A stretch of DNA of 64,000 bases from Candidatus Latescibacterota bacterium. GTDB taxonomy: Bacteria > Latescibacterota > CBDEFO01. Numbering within the stretch: the first letter of the stretch is position 1; every line of letters starts with the position of its first letter. The stretch covers positions 256,001 to 320,000 of the forward strand of contig CBDEFO010000003.1 of NCBI GenBank assembly GCA_965237525.1, written 5' to 3'. The position numbers were made by a program, and so were the translations under genes. Shown one piece after another: positions 10,561-20,538 of this stretch. The notes beneath the pieces were generated by a model. It did no database searches. It was not told where the DNA came from and saw nothing but the letters and a program-made list of their open reading frames with translations.

Positions 10561-11430
10561 GTGATACTTCAGATACTGATATCCATGCGCCCCAAGCAGT
10601 GGATTAAGAACTTCTTCGTGCTGGCGGCCCTGGTCTTTTCAAAGAATCTCCTCGATACCGATTCCCTGTACAAGAGCCTTGAAGCCTTTGGACTTTTCTG
10701 TCTCATTTCAAGTTCTGTATATATAATCAACGACATCCTGGATCTGGAAAAAGATAAAAGACATCCTGAAAAAAGAAAAAGGCCCTTGGCCGCCGGGAAG
10801 ATGAGCGTCCCGACAGCTTGGGCCGCGGCTGTCACAATGTTGTCCCTTTCCCTATTACTTTCCTTTTGGCTTAAAACATCTTTCGGAGCCGTAAGCTCTG
10901 CATACTTGGTGCTCAACCTTGCGTATTCTATCTACCTTAAGCATGTAGTTATCATAGATGTTATGATGGTAGCCTTCGGATTTCTGCTGAGAGCTGTTGC
11001 AGGAGCTGTTGTCATAAATGTTGATATATCATCCTGGTTTATGCTGTGCACCGTGCTTTTGGCGCTCTTTTTAGGGTTCGTCAAGAGGAGACACGAACTT
11101 GCTATCCTCGAGGAAGGCGCATCAGATCACAGAAAGTCGCTCGAAGAATATAGCTCCCTGTTCCTCGATCAGATGATAGCCGTCGTCACCTCTGCCACTT
11201 TAATTTGCTACGCCCTCTACACGATGTCGCCTGAGGTCGTACGCAAACTCGGAACGGAGCGTCTGGACCTGACCGTTCCCTTTGTCCTCTACGGAATCTT
11301 GAGATACCTATATCTGGCCTACGAAAAGGGCGAAGGTGGTAATCCCACTACGACCATCTTAAACGATGGTCCGCTTCTGATAGACCTAGGACTCTGGCTC
11401 TTGACTTTGGTGCTTATCCTCTACACTTAG
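10561..11430 (+). CDS. decaprenyl-phosphate phosphoribosyltransferase, UbiA prenyltransferase family
   Basis: MRPKQWIKN, YIINDILDLEKDKRHPEKRKRPLAAG and KRRHE motifs. Confidence 0.9.
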   Translation: MILQILISMRPKQWIKNFFVLAALVFSKNLLDTDSLYKSLEAFGLFCLISSSVYIINDILDLEKDKRHPEKRKRPLAAGKMSVPTAWAAAVTMLSLSLLLSFWLKTSFGAVSSAYLVLNLAYSIYLKHVVIIDVMMVAFGFLLRAVAGAVVINVDISSWFMLCTVLLALFLGFVKRRHELAILEEGASDHRKSLEEYSSLFLDQMIAVVTSATLICYALYTMSPEVVRKLGTERLDLTVPFVLYGILRYLYLAYEKGEGGNPTTTILNDGPLLIDLGLWLLTLVLILYT

Positions 11431-11573
11431 CAACTCCAGCATCTCTTCCCGAAAAGAAGTCAGATTACTCTGTGTGTTTCGCGCCTTGATGCTACATCCT
11501 TTCCAACCTGGCGCGGTAGCAATGCCCACAGCGCCCTTAAGACCTGCATGACTTAGATACGTTTCGGATAGCC

Positions 11574-11828
11574 TCAGTATAACCGATAGCCGATCAAAAG
11601 CCTCCAGACCTGATCCGTATTGTCCTCTTTGGGCCCTGCTCCCTTTTCAAATCTGCGAGAGTATTTGTACACTTTCCCCTGAAGATGGAGGTAAAACCTG
11701 TCGCCTGCCTTGCGGCGTTCTATGTCAACTCCTATGTAATCTAATCTCTCCTCCATCCTGTCTATGCCCTCGTCTCCCGAAAAAGGCACAAGTGCCTCTG
11801 CCCTTTCACGGTCGTATTCAAAACTCAC
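11574..11828 (-). pseudogene. C-terminal fragment of a probable outer-membrane protein, truncated at the IS1182 end
   Basis: Frame begins at the IS boundary and ends VWRLLIGYRLY, a beta-signal-like aromatic terminus. Confidence 0.45.
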
Positions 11829-11833
11829 CCTAA

Positions 11834-13352
11834 AAGCCTTGTGAAATAGTTATGTCCCAGGCAGCGTCTGAAGCGCCGATTATGGGTCAAAGAGTAGCAT
11901 ATCGTATCGTTTTGCTGTGGAATAAGCAAAATAGTCTTATCAGAGTTCTGGTCAGCAAGGAATAGGAGCTGTTTGAAGAACAGGATGCACTGTCTTTGAC
12001 AGACAGGGCACACATAGACGCTTTCCCCCTTCTTATGAAAGATACAAGCCTCTTGAGATTCTGTACTGTTGCAACAAGATTCAACTGTTCATTCAGTGAG
12101 GCTAGTCCTCTGTAACGGGCTCGTCCCATACCGTGTTGTTGCCTGGCTTCAGCAAAGATATGTTCACTGCGTTTACGGAGTCTCCGGGAGAGTTTGTAGT
12201 CAGCTGTTAATGAGATAGACCGTGCATGATTTCTGGCTTTCGCCTCTCGCACTTTTCTATCCCGTTCGGCCTGAATATGTGCTGAATTTGTCTTGTTTTT
12301 CCATGTAGGAATCGGTTCAATCTTCTCATCGGCTCGCAGAGGAATATGGGGTATGATTCCCCGGTCAAGTACATCAGCGATAAAATTACCAGAACCGTAA
12401 CCGGTATCGGCACTAAGTGTCTGAATGTCTTTGGGCATGGTGTATGTTTCAAGGTCATCTACCATCTTAAGGGCACTTTCGGGCTCTGCTGTCCCTGTCG
12501 CCTGCGTGCCCTGAGTCTCAAGGATTACTCTGCTTTTTGTGTCGATCAGATCATGGCCCATAAACGAGAGAAAAGCCCCTTTGCCCTTCGATTTGCTGTA
12601 TAAGCGCGCGTCGGGGTCTGTAGTCGAACGGTGTGTTTGGTTCGTCCACTTTTCACCATGAAAGTCTTTATCCTGAGGATGCCCGGACCTACCCTTTGTC
12701 TTATCACCTTCAAAACCGATTCCCTTGAGATAATCATCAAGAGAAACAGGGGGTTCTATCGGCTCAATACTTTTCACTGAAGCATCAGCTTGTATCTGAG
12801 TGCCGTCGACACTAAGGTGTTTACCGCTCACAAGACCGACATCTATGCAACACTGGACTACCTGACGCATTATCCGTTCAAACAACCCACTGGATGCCCA
12901 CTTGTGATTGCGAAGCTTGTTGATCGTGCTCCTATCCGGAACCGCATCATCAAATGTCTGATGACAAAACAACCGATATGCCGCATGCATCCCCACTTCC
13001 TGACAGAGCCGATTCTCACTCAAATTATACAGATAGCCAATAAGGATCATTCGAACAACTAATTCAGGATCAATACCGGGTCTGCCATTGTCAGGGCAAT
13101 AACAATCTGATACAACGTCTCGTACAAATGAAAAATCAACTGCCTCATCAATCTGACGAAGGATATGATCCTCGGGAACTAAATCCTCCATCTGAAAATA
13201 GTGAAACATCGGATTTGTCTGTTCCTGCTCTTGTGGGGTCATTGTTTCCTCCATGTATAATATTATCAATAACATAATATAATACATCGGAGCTGCTTTA
13301 TCAATGCTTGTTCTATACTACTTTCTGAATCTAAGGGTTTTTCACAAGGCTT
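11834..13352 (-). mobile_element. IS1182-family insertion sequence, copy 1
   Basis: 13-bp terminal inverted repeats AAGCCTTGTGAAA; near-identical to 61132-62650. Confidence 0.9.
11887..13242 (-). CDS. IS1182-family DDE transposase
   Basis: LVPEDHILRQI..GRPGIDP, VDGTQIQADAS, STTDPDARL, ADTGYG and EHIFAE motifs; RBS GGAGG before MTPQ. Confidence 0.9.
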   Translation of the reverse strand: MTPQEQEQTNPMFHYFQMEDLVPEDHILRQIDEAVDFSFVRDVVSDCYCPDNGRPGIDPELVVRMILIGYLYNLSENRLCQEVGMHAAYRLFCHQTFDDAVPDRSTINKLRNHKWASSGLFERIMRQVVQCCIDVGLVSGKHLSVDGTQIQADASVKSIEPIEPPVSLDDYLKGIGFEGDKTKGRSGHPQDKDFHGEKWTNQTHRSTTDPDARLYSKSKGKGAFLSFMGHDLIDTKSRVILETQGTQATGTAEPESALKMVDDLETYTMPKDIQTLSADTGYGSGNFIADVLDRGIIPHIPLRADEKIEPIPTWKNKTNSAHIQAERDRKVREAKARNHARSISLTADYKLSRRLRKRSEHIFAEARQQHGMGRARYRGLASLNEQLNLVATVQNLKRLVSFIRRGKASMCALSVKDSASCSSNSSYSLLTRTLIRLFCLFHSKTIRYATL

Positions 13353-13353
13353 C

Positions 13354-14019
13354 TCAGCCATGTAAGAAAGTAGCGCAAAGAACCCGAAGGCAATAGCAGA
13401 CACCCCCCCCTGCAAGTCCATCTATCCCATCCAGGAGATTCATAGCGTTGGAACTCCCCACTACATAGAGCACTACAAGAAAAACTCCCAAAAGTCCCAA
13501 AGGGATACCTTTTGTCATTCCGATCAACACAATTACAGCTGTTATCTGTCCCAAAAGCTTAGTAAAAGGTGAAATTCTCTTCATATCGTCAATAAGTCCT
13601 ACTATAAAGATAACTCCTGACGACAAAATTGCTGTGATATAAATCACCAGAAAGTCCGAATTTAAATAATTAAATCGATATGCACCATATCCGACAACCG
13701 CAAATGTCAAAAACATAGCGATCCCTCCTGTTCTGGGGATCGGATAAGAGTGAACGTCCAACCTTCCCGGAGTATATACGATGTTCAATCTCTTTGCTGT
13801 CTCCTTTGCCAAAAAAGTTAAAGCTATAGATAGAGCAAGGCAGATCCAAAATAGAGCCGCATTGACCTTGATTCCTGTCAACTCAAAGCTGGCCCCGACA
13901 AGCAGAGCAGCCCATAGTGGGAGACGAAGAAAACGCCTGGAAGATAAATTTTCCGTCCTTTGTGTAAGACTTTTGCTCATAACTGTAGAATCCAGACAAG
14001 ACTGACGAAGATACCGCAA
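13354..14019 (-). pseudogene. MraY/WecA-family polyprenyl-phosphate sugar-phosphate transferase, truncated by IS1182
   Basis: HSYPIPRTGG, GLIDD and NAMNLLDGIDGLAGG motifs; frameshift in a C-run near 13403-13409, then cut off by the IS. Confidence 0.8.
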
Positions 14020-14055
14020 AGCCCAGCAGAAACGAGAATTAAGATATACGTTATT

Positions 14056-14523
14056 CTACGTCAAAACACAAGCATTATCCACATAAAAAAATGTGGAGAG
14101 GGAGGGATGTTTGATTGCCCATGCGATCACTGGCCCGCAGCACCAGAGAGTTAAGGGTCTGTCGAGATTTTCGGCGACCTCCAAAGGTTCTGGGGCAGAG
14201 GGAATCTTGAAGAGTTGGCAATACTCCTTGAGGAGGTCCACAACAATAACATCAAGGGCTGTCGCTAATCTTCTCAGGGTCCTAATGGATCTGCTCAGTG
14301 TCCTAATGGAAAAACTGCTGTCGGATTTCTCCCACTTCGTGATAACAGTCCTGTGAACGCCGACCTTCGCCGCTAACTGATACTGTTTCAGCCCGCGCTC
14401 CTTGCGAATGTTTCTGAGGTTTTCTCCTACCGTCAAACTTGTCTTCTTTGCTAACGTATGGCTGTTCTGACAGGATGTCGGATACGTAAATAAACATAAC
14501 ATATTTCTAGTGACAATTGGCAA
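14056..14523 (-). CDS. XRE-family helix-turn-helix protein (possibly degenerate; start uncertain)
   Basis: VGENLRNIRKERGLKQYQLAAKVGVHRTVITKWE. Confidence 0.7.
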   Translation of the reverse strand: MPIVTRNMLCLFTYPTSCQNSHTLAKKTSLTVGENLRNIRKERGLKQYQLAAKVGVHRTVITKWEKSDSSFSIRTLSRSIRTLRRLATALDVIVVDLLKEYCQLFKIPSAPEPLEVAENLDRPLTLWCCGPVIAWAIKHPSLSTFFYVDNACVLT

Positions 14524-14661
14524 CTATTTTCTTGCACATGTAGAGACAATTTGTCATCTTGAGTGCCCAATATAGATTTTTTATTGCTTTTAACTCTAAA
14601 AAAGCTTATATTTTGACGTTGATTATCATCTGCCGATTTAACCTTAAAAGAGGCGTCCGTG

Positions 14662-15969
14662 ATGTTTGACCAGCTCACAGATAGATTAGAGCAAGTGTTC
14701 AAGAAGCTAAGAGGACGCGGCAAGCTTTCGGAAAAGAATATAGAGGAAACGCTGCGCGAGGTAAGACGCGCCCTTTTGGAGTCAGATGTCAATTACAAGG
14801 TAACCAAAGACTTCATCGAGAAGGTGAAGCAAAAGGCCACAGGTCGGGAGGTCTTAAAGAGCCTTACTCCAGGTCAACAGGTCATAAAGGTAGTCCATCA
14901 GGAACTTGTACACCTTATGGGCGGGGATGAGAGAGCTGACATAAAGTTCGCTGGTTCTCCTCCCACTGCGATAATGCTCGTCGGGCTTCAGGGATCAGGC
15001 AAGACCACAGCCGCTGCCAAATTGGCAAGACACTTCAAATCTAAGGGCAGCTATCCCTTACTGGTAGCTGCTGATGTGTATCGCCCCGCAGCTATAGATC
15101 AGTTAGAAACACTAGGCAGGTCCATAGACGTTCCCGTCTATAGAGCCTCGGAGGGGACTGACCCTGTGGACATCTGCCAGGACTCCCTGCGAAAGGCGAA
15201 GGCTACAAACCGAGACCTTATCATTCTGGACACCGCCGGTAGACTCCACATAGACGACGAGATGATGCGCCAACTTGAGAGGATAAAAGCGGAGACTGTT
15301 CCGGATGAGATCCTCTTTGTAGCTGATAGCATGACAGGTCAAGACGCAGTGGGCGCCGCCACCGAATTTAGAGAGCGTCTCAACTTTGACGGTGTCTTTT
15401 TGACCAAGCTCGACGGAGACGCAAGGGGTGGAGCCGCTCTTTCTATAAGAGCTGTCACAGGTGCACCCATCAAATTCGTCGGAGTCGGAGAAAAAACAGA
15501 TGCCATAGAACCTTTTTATCCCGACAGAATGGCGTCCAGAATTCTCGGTATGGGGGATATTCTGTCTCTTGTTGAGAAAGCGGAAAGATCTATAGATAGA
15601 GATAAGGCGCAGGAGCTTGAAGAAAAGCTCAAAAAGGATGCCTTCTCACTCGAGGACTTTATGGATCAACTCAAACAGATAAAGAATATGGGCCCTTTAG
15701 AGGAACTTCTGGGCTTAATCCCCGGAGCGGGTAAGGCTATGAAAGGGCTAAAGGTGGATGAAAAGGCCTTCATAACTATAGAAGCAGTAATAAACTCGAT
15801 GACCCCACAAGAGCGCAGAAAGCCAAATATAATAGATGGTAGAAGAAAAAAACGCATAGCAAGGGGGAGTGGGACCACAGTCCAGGATGTCAACAGGCTC
15901 CTCAAACAGTTCGGGATGGTGCAAAAGATGGCTAAGAATATGAATAAGGCCAATCTGTCGTGGATTTAA
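14662..15969 (+). CDS. ffh: signal recognition particle protein Ffh
   Basis: [24 protein letters not shown] and M-domain; canonical ffh-rpsP-rimM-trmD-rplS order. Confidence 0.98.
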   Translation: MFDQLTDRLEQVFKKLRGRGKLSEKNIEETLREVRRALLESDVNYKVTKDFIEKVKQKATGREVLKSLTPGQQVIKVVHQELVHLMGGDERADIKFAGSPPTAIMLVGLQGSGKTTAAAKLARHFKSKGSYPLLVAADVYRPAAIDQLETLGRSIDVPVYRASEGTDPVDICQDSLRKAKATNRDLIILDTAGRLHIDDEMMRQLERIKAETVPDEILFVADSMTGQDAVGAATEFRERLNFDGVFLTKLDGDARGGAALSIRAVTGAPIKFVGVGEKTDAIEPFYPDRMASRILGMGDILSLVEKAERSIDRDKAQELEEKLKKDAFSLEDFMDQLKQIKNMGPLEELLGLIPGAGKAMKGLKVDEKAFITIEAVINSMTPQERRKPNIIDGRRKKRIARGSGTTVQDVNRLLKQFGMVQKMAKNMNKANLSWI

Positions 15970-16019
15970 GAAAACTATTTGGATATTGACAAGAGAATCG
16001 ATCCAAAAAGGAGGACAAT

Positions 16020-16412
16020 TTGTCAGTAAAACTAAGATTGATGAGGCTCGGAGTCAAAAAGAGGCCCTTTTACAGAGTCGTCGCAATGGACATCAGAAGT
16101 CCCAGAGATGGCAGATCAATAGATACGCTGGGATACTACAATCCAATTCCGGAAGAGTCTGAAACAAAGATAGACGAGGAGAAGGTCTTCCTCTGGCTTG
16201 AGCGCGGAGCTACGCTCAGCCAGACGGTCAAGAGCCTACTTAAAAGACAGGGGATCCTTCAAAAGTGGAATCGGATGAAGTTCAGCTCTGGAGAAGTCGA
16301 AACACCGCCTGAGAAGCCTTTCGAGGAAGTAACGCTCAAGGGGAAGGACTCCACAGAAGAATCGTCGGGATCCGAAGAGACTACCGAAGACGAATCTGAC
16401 TCTTCCGAGTAG
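16020..16412 (+). CDS. rpsP: 30S ribosomal protein S16 with acidic C-terminal extension
   Basis: SVKLRLMRLGVKKRPFYRVVAMD..RDGR..LGYYNP. Confidence 0.97.
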   Translation: MSVKLRLMRLGVKKRPFYRVVAMDIRSPRDGRSIDTLGYYNPIPEESETKIDEEKVFLWLERGATLSQTVKSLLKRQGILQKWNRMKFSSGEVETPPEKPFEEVTLKGKDSTEESSGSEETTEDESDSSE

Positions 16413-16430
16413 TAAATTCAACAGTAATAT

Positions 16431-16967
16431 ATGACAGATACAGACAACGAAGTTCCTAGATCCGCGTTCGTCACGATAGGGGAAATAACAAAGACACGGG
16501 GCGTAAAAGGCGAAGTTAAAGTGGTTCCGGTTACGGATTGCCCGGAGAGGCTCTGCGATCTAGATTCTGTCTATGTCGAAACGAAAGACGGGACGGTGCA
16601 GATTGCCCAGTTAGAACGCGTGCGTCTTCATTCGGGCTTTGCATCGTTCAAGTTCAGGGGTATAGAATCTCCTGAAGGCGCGGAGAAACTGCGCGGATCT
16701 TTCATAATGGTCAAAAGAGAAGACGTATTCCCGCTTAAAGAGGGGAAATTCTACGTATTTCAGCTTTTGGGCCTAGATGTTCAGACTGAGGACGGTACAT
16801 CTGTTGGCACAGTGCATGACGTCATAAACTCCCCCGCTAACGATGTTTATGTCGTAAGAAACGGACAAAGGGAATACTTAATTCCCGCTGTTCGGAAGAT
16901 TGTAAAAGACATAGACCTCCAAAGGGGGAAGATAACTATAGATGCCATAGATGGACTTTTGGATTAG
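16431..16967 (+). CDS. rimM: ribosome maturation factor RimM
   Basis: IGEITKTRGVKGEVKV and ANDVYVV..LIPAV; operon context. Confidence 0.95.
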   Translation: MTDTDNEVPRSAFVTIGEITKTRGVKGEVKVVPVTDCPERLCDLDSVYVETKDGTVQIAQLERVRLHSGFASFKFRGIESPEGAEKLRGSFIMVKREDVFPLKEGKFYVFQLLGLDVQTEDGTSVGTVHDVINSPANDVYVVRNGQREYLIPAVRKIVKDIDLQRGKITIDAIDGLLD

Positions 16968-16975
16968 ATTAGAAG

Positions 16976-17725
16976 ATGCGTATAGATATACTCACTATAT
17001 TCCCAGGAATGTTCGACGGCCCCTTCGGTTGTGGCATAGTCAATAGGGCTCGGGAAAAAGGCCTGGTGGAGATAAATATAAACAATCTCAGGGACTTCTC
17101 ACAGGACAAGCACAAAAGGGTGGACGATTACCCTTATGGCGGTGGAGCGGGAATGGTCTTCAGACCCGAACCCATAGTTGGGGCTTTGAATTCCCTGAAC
17201 TCCGATCAGGAAGGCTCAAGATCAAGAGTCATCTTCCTATCCGCCCAGGGGCGCACACTCAATCAGGCGCTTTTAAATGAGCTGTCCCTGGAAAATCACC
17301 TTGTTCTTTTGTGTGGACACTACAAGGGTGTGGACGAAAGGGTCATAGAAAAGTACGTCACAGATGAGATTTCAATAGGAGACTACGTCCTTTCGGGGGG
17401 GGAGCCGGCGGCCGTAGTCATAACTGATGCTGTAGTCAGACTCATCCCGGAAGCGATAAGCGACTTTGAGTCTGCAATGGAAGACTCATTTCAAGATGGC
17501 CTGCTGGACTGTCCCTGGTACACCAGACCGGCCGAATTTGAGGGTATGAAAGTTCCCCGGGTGGTCCTTTCCGGCGACCACAAAAAGATAAAAGAGTGGA
17601 GGAGACGGGAGTCCATCAGAAGGACGCTTCAACGGAGACCCGATCTCCTTAAACGGGCGCGCCTTTCGGATGAAGACAGAGAAATTCTGCAATCTCTAAC
17701 TGAACAAGAGGACTTGAAAGTATAA
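16976..17725 (+). CDS. trmD: tRNA (guanine-37-N1)-methyltransferase
   Basis: VDDYPYGGGAGMV, CGHYKGVDER, SIGDYVLSGGE and YTRP motifs. Confidence 0.98.
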   Translation: MRIDILTIFPGMFDGPFGCGIVNRAREKGLVEININNLRDFSQDKHKRVDDYPYGGGAGMVFRPEPIVGALNSLNSDQEGSRSRVIFLSAQGRTLNQALLNELSLENHLVLLCGHYKGVDERVIEKYVTDEISIGDYVLSGGEPAAVVITDAVVRLIPEAISDFESAMEDSFQDGLLDCPWYTRPAEFEGMKVPRVVLSGDHKKIKEWRRRESIRRTLQRRPDLLKRARLSDEDREILQSLTEQEDLKV

Positions 17726-17743
17726 GGATATTAAGGAGGGAAA

Positions 17744-18085
17744 ATGGACGTCCTGCAAACCGTAGCGTCTCAACACCTGAAAGACAATGTTCCTGACTTT
17801 GGCCCCGGAGATACGGTCAGAGTACATGTCAGAGTCATAGAAGGTGAAAAGGAGAGAACACAGATCTTTGAAGGGACAGTACTGCAAAGGAGAGGTGGAG
17901 GCATATCAGAGACATTCACAGTCCGAAAGGTATCCGCAGGTTTCGGCACCGAAAGGATCTTCCCGCTCCACTCTCCTGGAGTAGCCAAGATCGAACGCAT
18001 CCGAAGAGGGAAAAGCAGACGAGCGAAACTCTTTTACCTCAGAAAGCTCAAAGGCAAAGCCGCCAGAGTTGCAGCAAGAAGATAG
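17744..18085 (+). CDS. rplS: 50S ribosomal protein L19
   Basis: [35 protein letters not shown]. Confidence 0.98.
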   Translation: MDVLQTVASQHLKDNVPDFGPGDTVRVHVRVIEGEKERTQIFEGTVLQRRGGGISETFTVRKVSAGFGTERIFPLHSPGVAKIERIRRGKSRRAKLFYLRKLKGKAARVAARR

Positions 18086-18129
18086 GCGGCGCGACCTCAG
18101 CTAACCGATCTTTCTTGTTCTTTTCCCTT

Positions 18130-18164
18130 GCCCCATCACAGCTGTCCGATGGGGCGTTTTATTT
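18130..18164 (+). terminator. intrinsic terminator after rplS
   Basis: GCCCCATC-loop-GATGGGGC followed by a T-rich tail. Confidence 0.7.
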
Positions 18165-18195
18165 ATCCCTCAAAGTGGTGCGACCGCTCCGTGAT

Positions 18196-19827
18196 ATGAA
18201 GAAGATCACAGCTTTCCATATATTCGCGATCGTTCTTACAGTATTCTTCTGCGCCGTAAGATACATCAGATTTCAGGAGCCTATGGGACTTGACCAGGGT
18301 CTCTTTGCCTACTTCGGAAGACATATCCTCACCGGCAGTGTCCCCTACTTAGACATCTGGGACAGCAAACCTCCCGGTATATTCTATATATACTCCATCA
18401 GCTTTGCGCTCCTCGGCGACTCCTTCTTCAGCGTGTATCTTATCGAGACCCTCTTTTTGGCCCTCACGGCCCTTTTGATCTACCTTCTGTGCGCAGAAGT
18501 TTTCGATAAGAAAGTCGCCCTATTTGCCGCGGCCATCTACGTTCTCTTTTCCAACGCTCCTATATTCGACGGATTCTGGTCCACAGCACAGGCTGAGGTC
18601 TTCATGAACTTGCCCATAGTCGCAAGCCTCTACATCCTCACCAAGAACTTAAGGAGATGGCACTTTTTCGCCTCTGGGGTTCTTCTCGGACTGTCAGTGA
18701 TGTTCAAACTTACCGCCCTATTCCTGCTACCCTCTTTTATCCTGTATCTCTACCTGTCCTTCAAAGACAAATCCCCGATTGAACCCCCAATAGATTCAAT
18801 TGGGGGTCGGGATAGGATTCACAGGTACACATATTTCGGCATCGGACTTATCATCCCTCTACCCATCTGTGCCTTCTACTTCTGGATGCAGGGAGCCCTC
18901 GACGATATGATTTACACACTTGTCTCTTACAGCTACCGCTACTCGCAAGCCATAACCCAGGGACAGCCTTTTCTCAAGACTTCCCTTGGACAGTTCATAA
19001 GGTTTGTCATTTTCAACCCCACAGTATCCATTTTATCCCTCGTCGGACTTATATATCTCCTTGTAAAAAGACGTTCTAAAGAAACGTATCTTTTAATATC
19101 CTATCTTGTGCTATCCTTTATTTCGGTCTGGGCGCAAAGACAGTTTGCAGGGTACCACTTCATCGTGCTCTCGCCTCCGCTTGCCGTCATCTGCGGCAGT
19201 GCATGCCCCTTTATATTCAACTGGATAGTCCGAAGCACAAGCTCTATCATCCGCAAAAGATCCTTAGAGACTCTGCTCAGGTCATCTGCAGCTATTATAA
19301 CAGTAGTATTACTAGCCTTTTTTCTTTACACGGAGATGTCCCGTTATTATCGGTACTACAGACCGGACATCTCCTACGCTCGTGGAAGGATATCCCCAAG
19401 GGAATATCTAAAGACTTTCGACACGGGAGCAATATCCTTTCTGAATAACAGCTCTGTCGCTGACTATATAAGAGATAGGACCGATAGTGACGACTATGTC
19501 CTGGTATGGGGATTAGCCCCCGCTATCTATTATCTGTCAGACAGAAAATCTCCCACAAAATACGTCTTCCACCACGTTCTGTTGACCGACGCTCCGCTGT
19601 CCCGGCAACTTGGGGGTCTTGAGGGAAGGAGAAAAGAATTTTTGGAAAAGGTAACCGACAGCAAGCCCCGTTACATCGTCATAGGCATCAACGACAGGAA
19701 CGGCTTTGAGCCGCAGGACTCCGACACTCAGCTTCTCAATTTCAAAGAGTTCAAGGACTATGTCTTTACAAACTACGATAGAGAGAAGAGAATCGGGAAT
19801 TTCATCCTTGTGAGGAGAAAGGAGTAA
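18196..19827 (+). CDS. ArnT/PMT-like (GT-C fold, family 39/83) membrane glycosyltransferase
   Basis: GLDQGLFAY..PYLDIWDSKPPG; multiple TM helices; periplasmic C-terminal domain. Confidence 0.8.
   Translation: MKKITAFHIFAIVLTVFFCAVRYIRFQEPMGLDQGLFAYFGRHILTGSVPYLDIWDSKPPGIFYIYSISFALLGDSFFSVYLIETLFLALTALLIYLLCAEVFDKKVALFAAAIYVLFSNAPIFDGFWSTAQAEVFMNLPIVASLYILTKNLRRWHFFASGVLLGLSVMFKLTALFLLPSFILYLYLSFKDKSPIEPPIDSIGGRDRIHRYTYFGIGLIIPLPICAFYFWMQGALDDMIYTLVSYSYRYSQAITQGQPFLKTSLGQFIRFVIFNPTVSILSLVGLIYLLVKRRSKETYLLISYLVLSFISVWAQRQFAGYHFIVLSPPLAVICGSACPFIFNWIVRSTSSIIRKRSLETLLRSSAAIITVVLLAFFLYTEMSRYYRYYRPDISYARGRISPREYLKTFDTGAISFLNNSSVADYIRDRTDSDDYVLVWGLAPAIYYLSDRKSPTKYVFHHVLLTDAPLSRQLGGLEGRRKEFLEKVTDSKPRYIVIGINDRNGFEPQDSDTQLLNFKEFKDYVFTNYDREKRIGNFILVRRKE
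18771..18813. repeat. nested palindromic element inside the glycosyltransferase CDS
   Basis: ATCCCCGATTGAA[CCCCCAATAGATTCAATTGGGGG]TCGGGAT; the reading frame continues through it. Confidence 0.7.
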
Positions 19828-19875
19828 AGAATCTCTACAGCAACACTTACTTATTATATCTATCGATTTTAATCC

Positions 19876-19904
19876 TTGCGCTCTAAGATGAAAATATCTA
19901 TCTT
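19876..19904 (+). promoter_or_regulatory. putative sigma70 promoter of the membrane protein-DGQHR-Dam cassette
   Basis: TTGCGC-17 bp-TATCTT in AT-rich intergenic DNA. Confidence 0.4.
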
Positions 19905-19998
19905 TAGTATCGGATTTTGCAATTAAGTACGATTATGCTAACCTGTATCCAACAATTGAGTCTACATCGAACAAATGTGTTACATCTGGAGGTAGTCT

Positions 19999-20538
19999 AT
20001 GCAGTGGAAGGAGCTTGGAATTACGTTGAAGAAGCAGTTGTCCTCGTACATGATGTGGATGTTTGCTAACTTAGGAGGGTTGGCTGTTGCCTATTTGGCT
20101 AATTTCACTATATGGACACTCCACCGTGACTCCGGAAGCTATGCGTATATGCCGAGACCTGATACGTTTTTAATTTCAGGTACTATCTCTTTGGCAGTAG
20201 CTGGAATTCCCTATTTGAGTCTTCCTCGATCCCGTTCAGTTTCGCTCTCCCCTGTACTTTCCCTCTTATGGGTTCCTCTGGTGGCAGCAGTTTACGGGAT
20301 ACTCATCGCTATGGGTGTTAAGCAACCTGTCATCAGCAAAAACGAGATATGGTTTATTGCAATTCTAATAGCGATAGGTTGCTGGTCTTGGTCAACCGTG
20401 ACATGGCTTCATGAACAGGGAATTCGAATGGAAATAGAGGAAGAGCCACAGCCCCCACCGGAACCATCTCAATCACTCAAGGATACGGCTGAAGATCTCC
20501 GTAAAACAAGTGGGACTGGCGATCTGGAGGATATCTAA
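19999..20538 (+). CDS. hypothetical membrane protein with about four TM helices and an acidic/Pro-rich tail
   Basis: RBS GGAGG; four hydrophobic segments; stop abuts the next ATG (TAAATG). Confidence 0.75.
   Translation: MQWKELGITLKKQLSSYMMWMFANLGGLAVAYLANFTIWTLHRDSGSYAYMPRPDTFLISGTISLAVAGIPYLSLPRSRSVSLSPVLSLLWVPLVAAVYGILIAMGVKQPVISKNEIWFIAILIAIGCWSWSTVTWLHEQGIRMEIEEEPQPPPEPSQSLKDTAEDLRKTSGTGDLEDI

Noticed and set aside
16280..16412. Acidic C-terminal extension of S16
   Set aside because: Such extensions are common in several phyla
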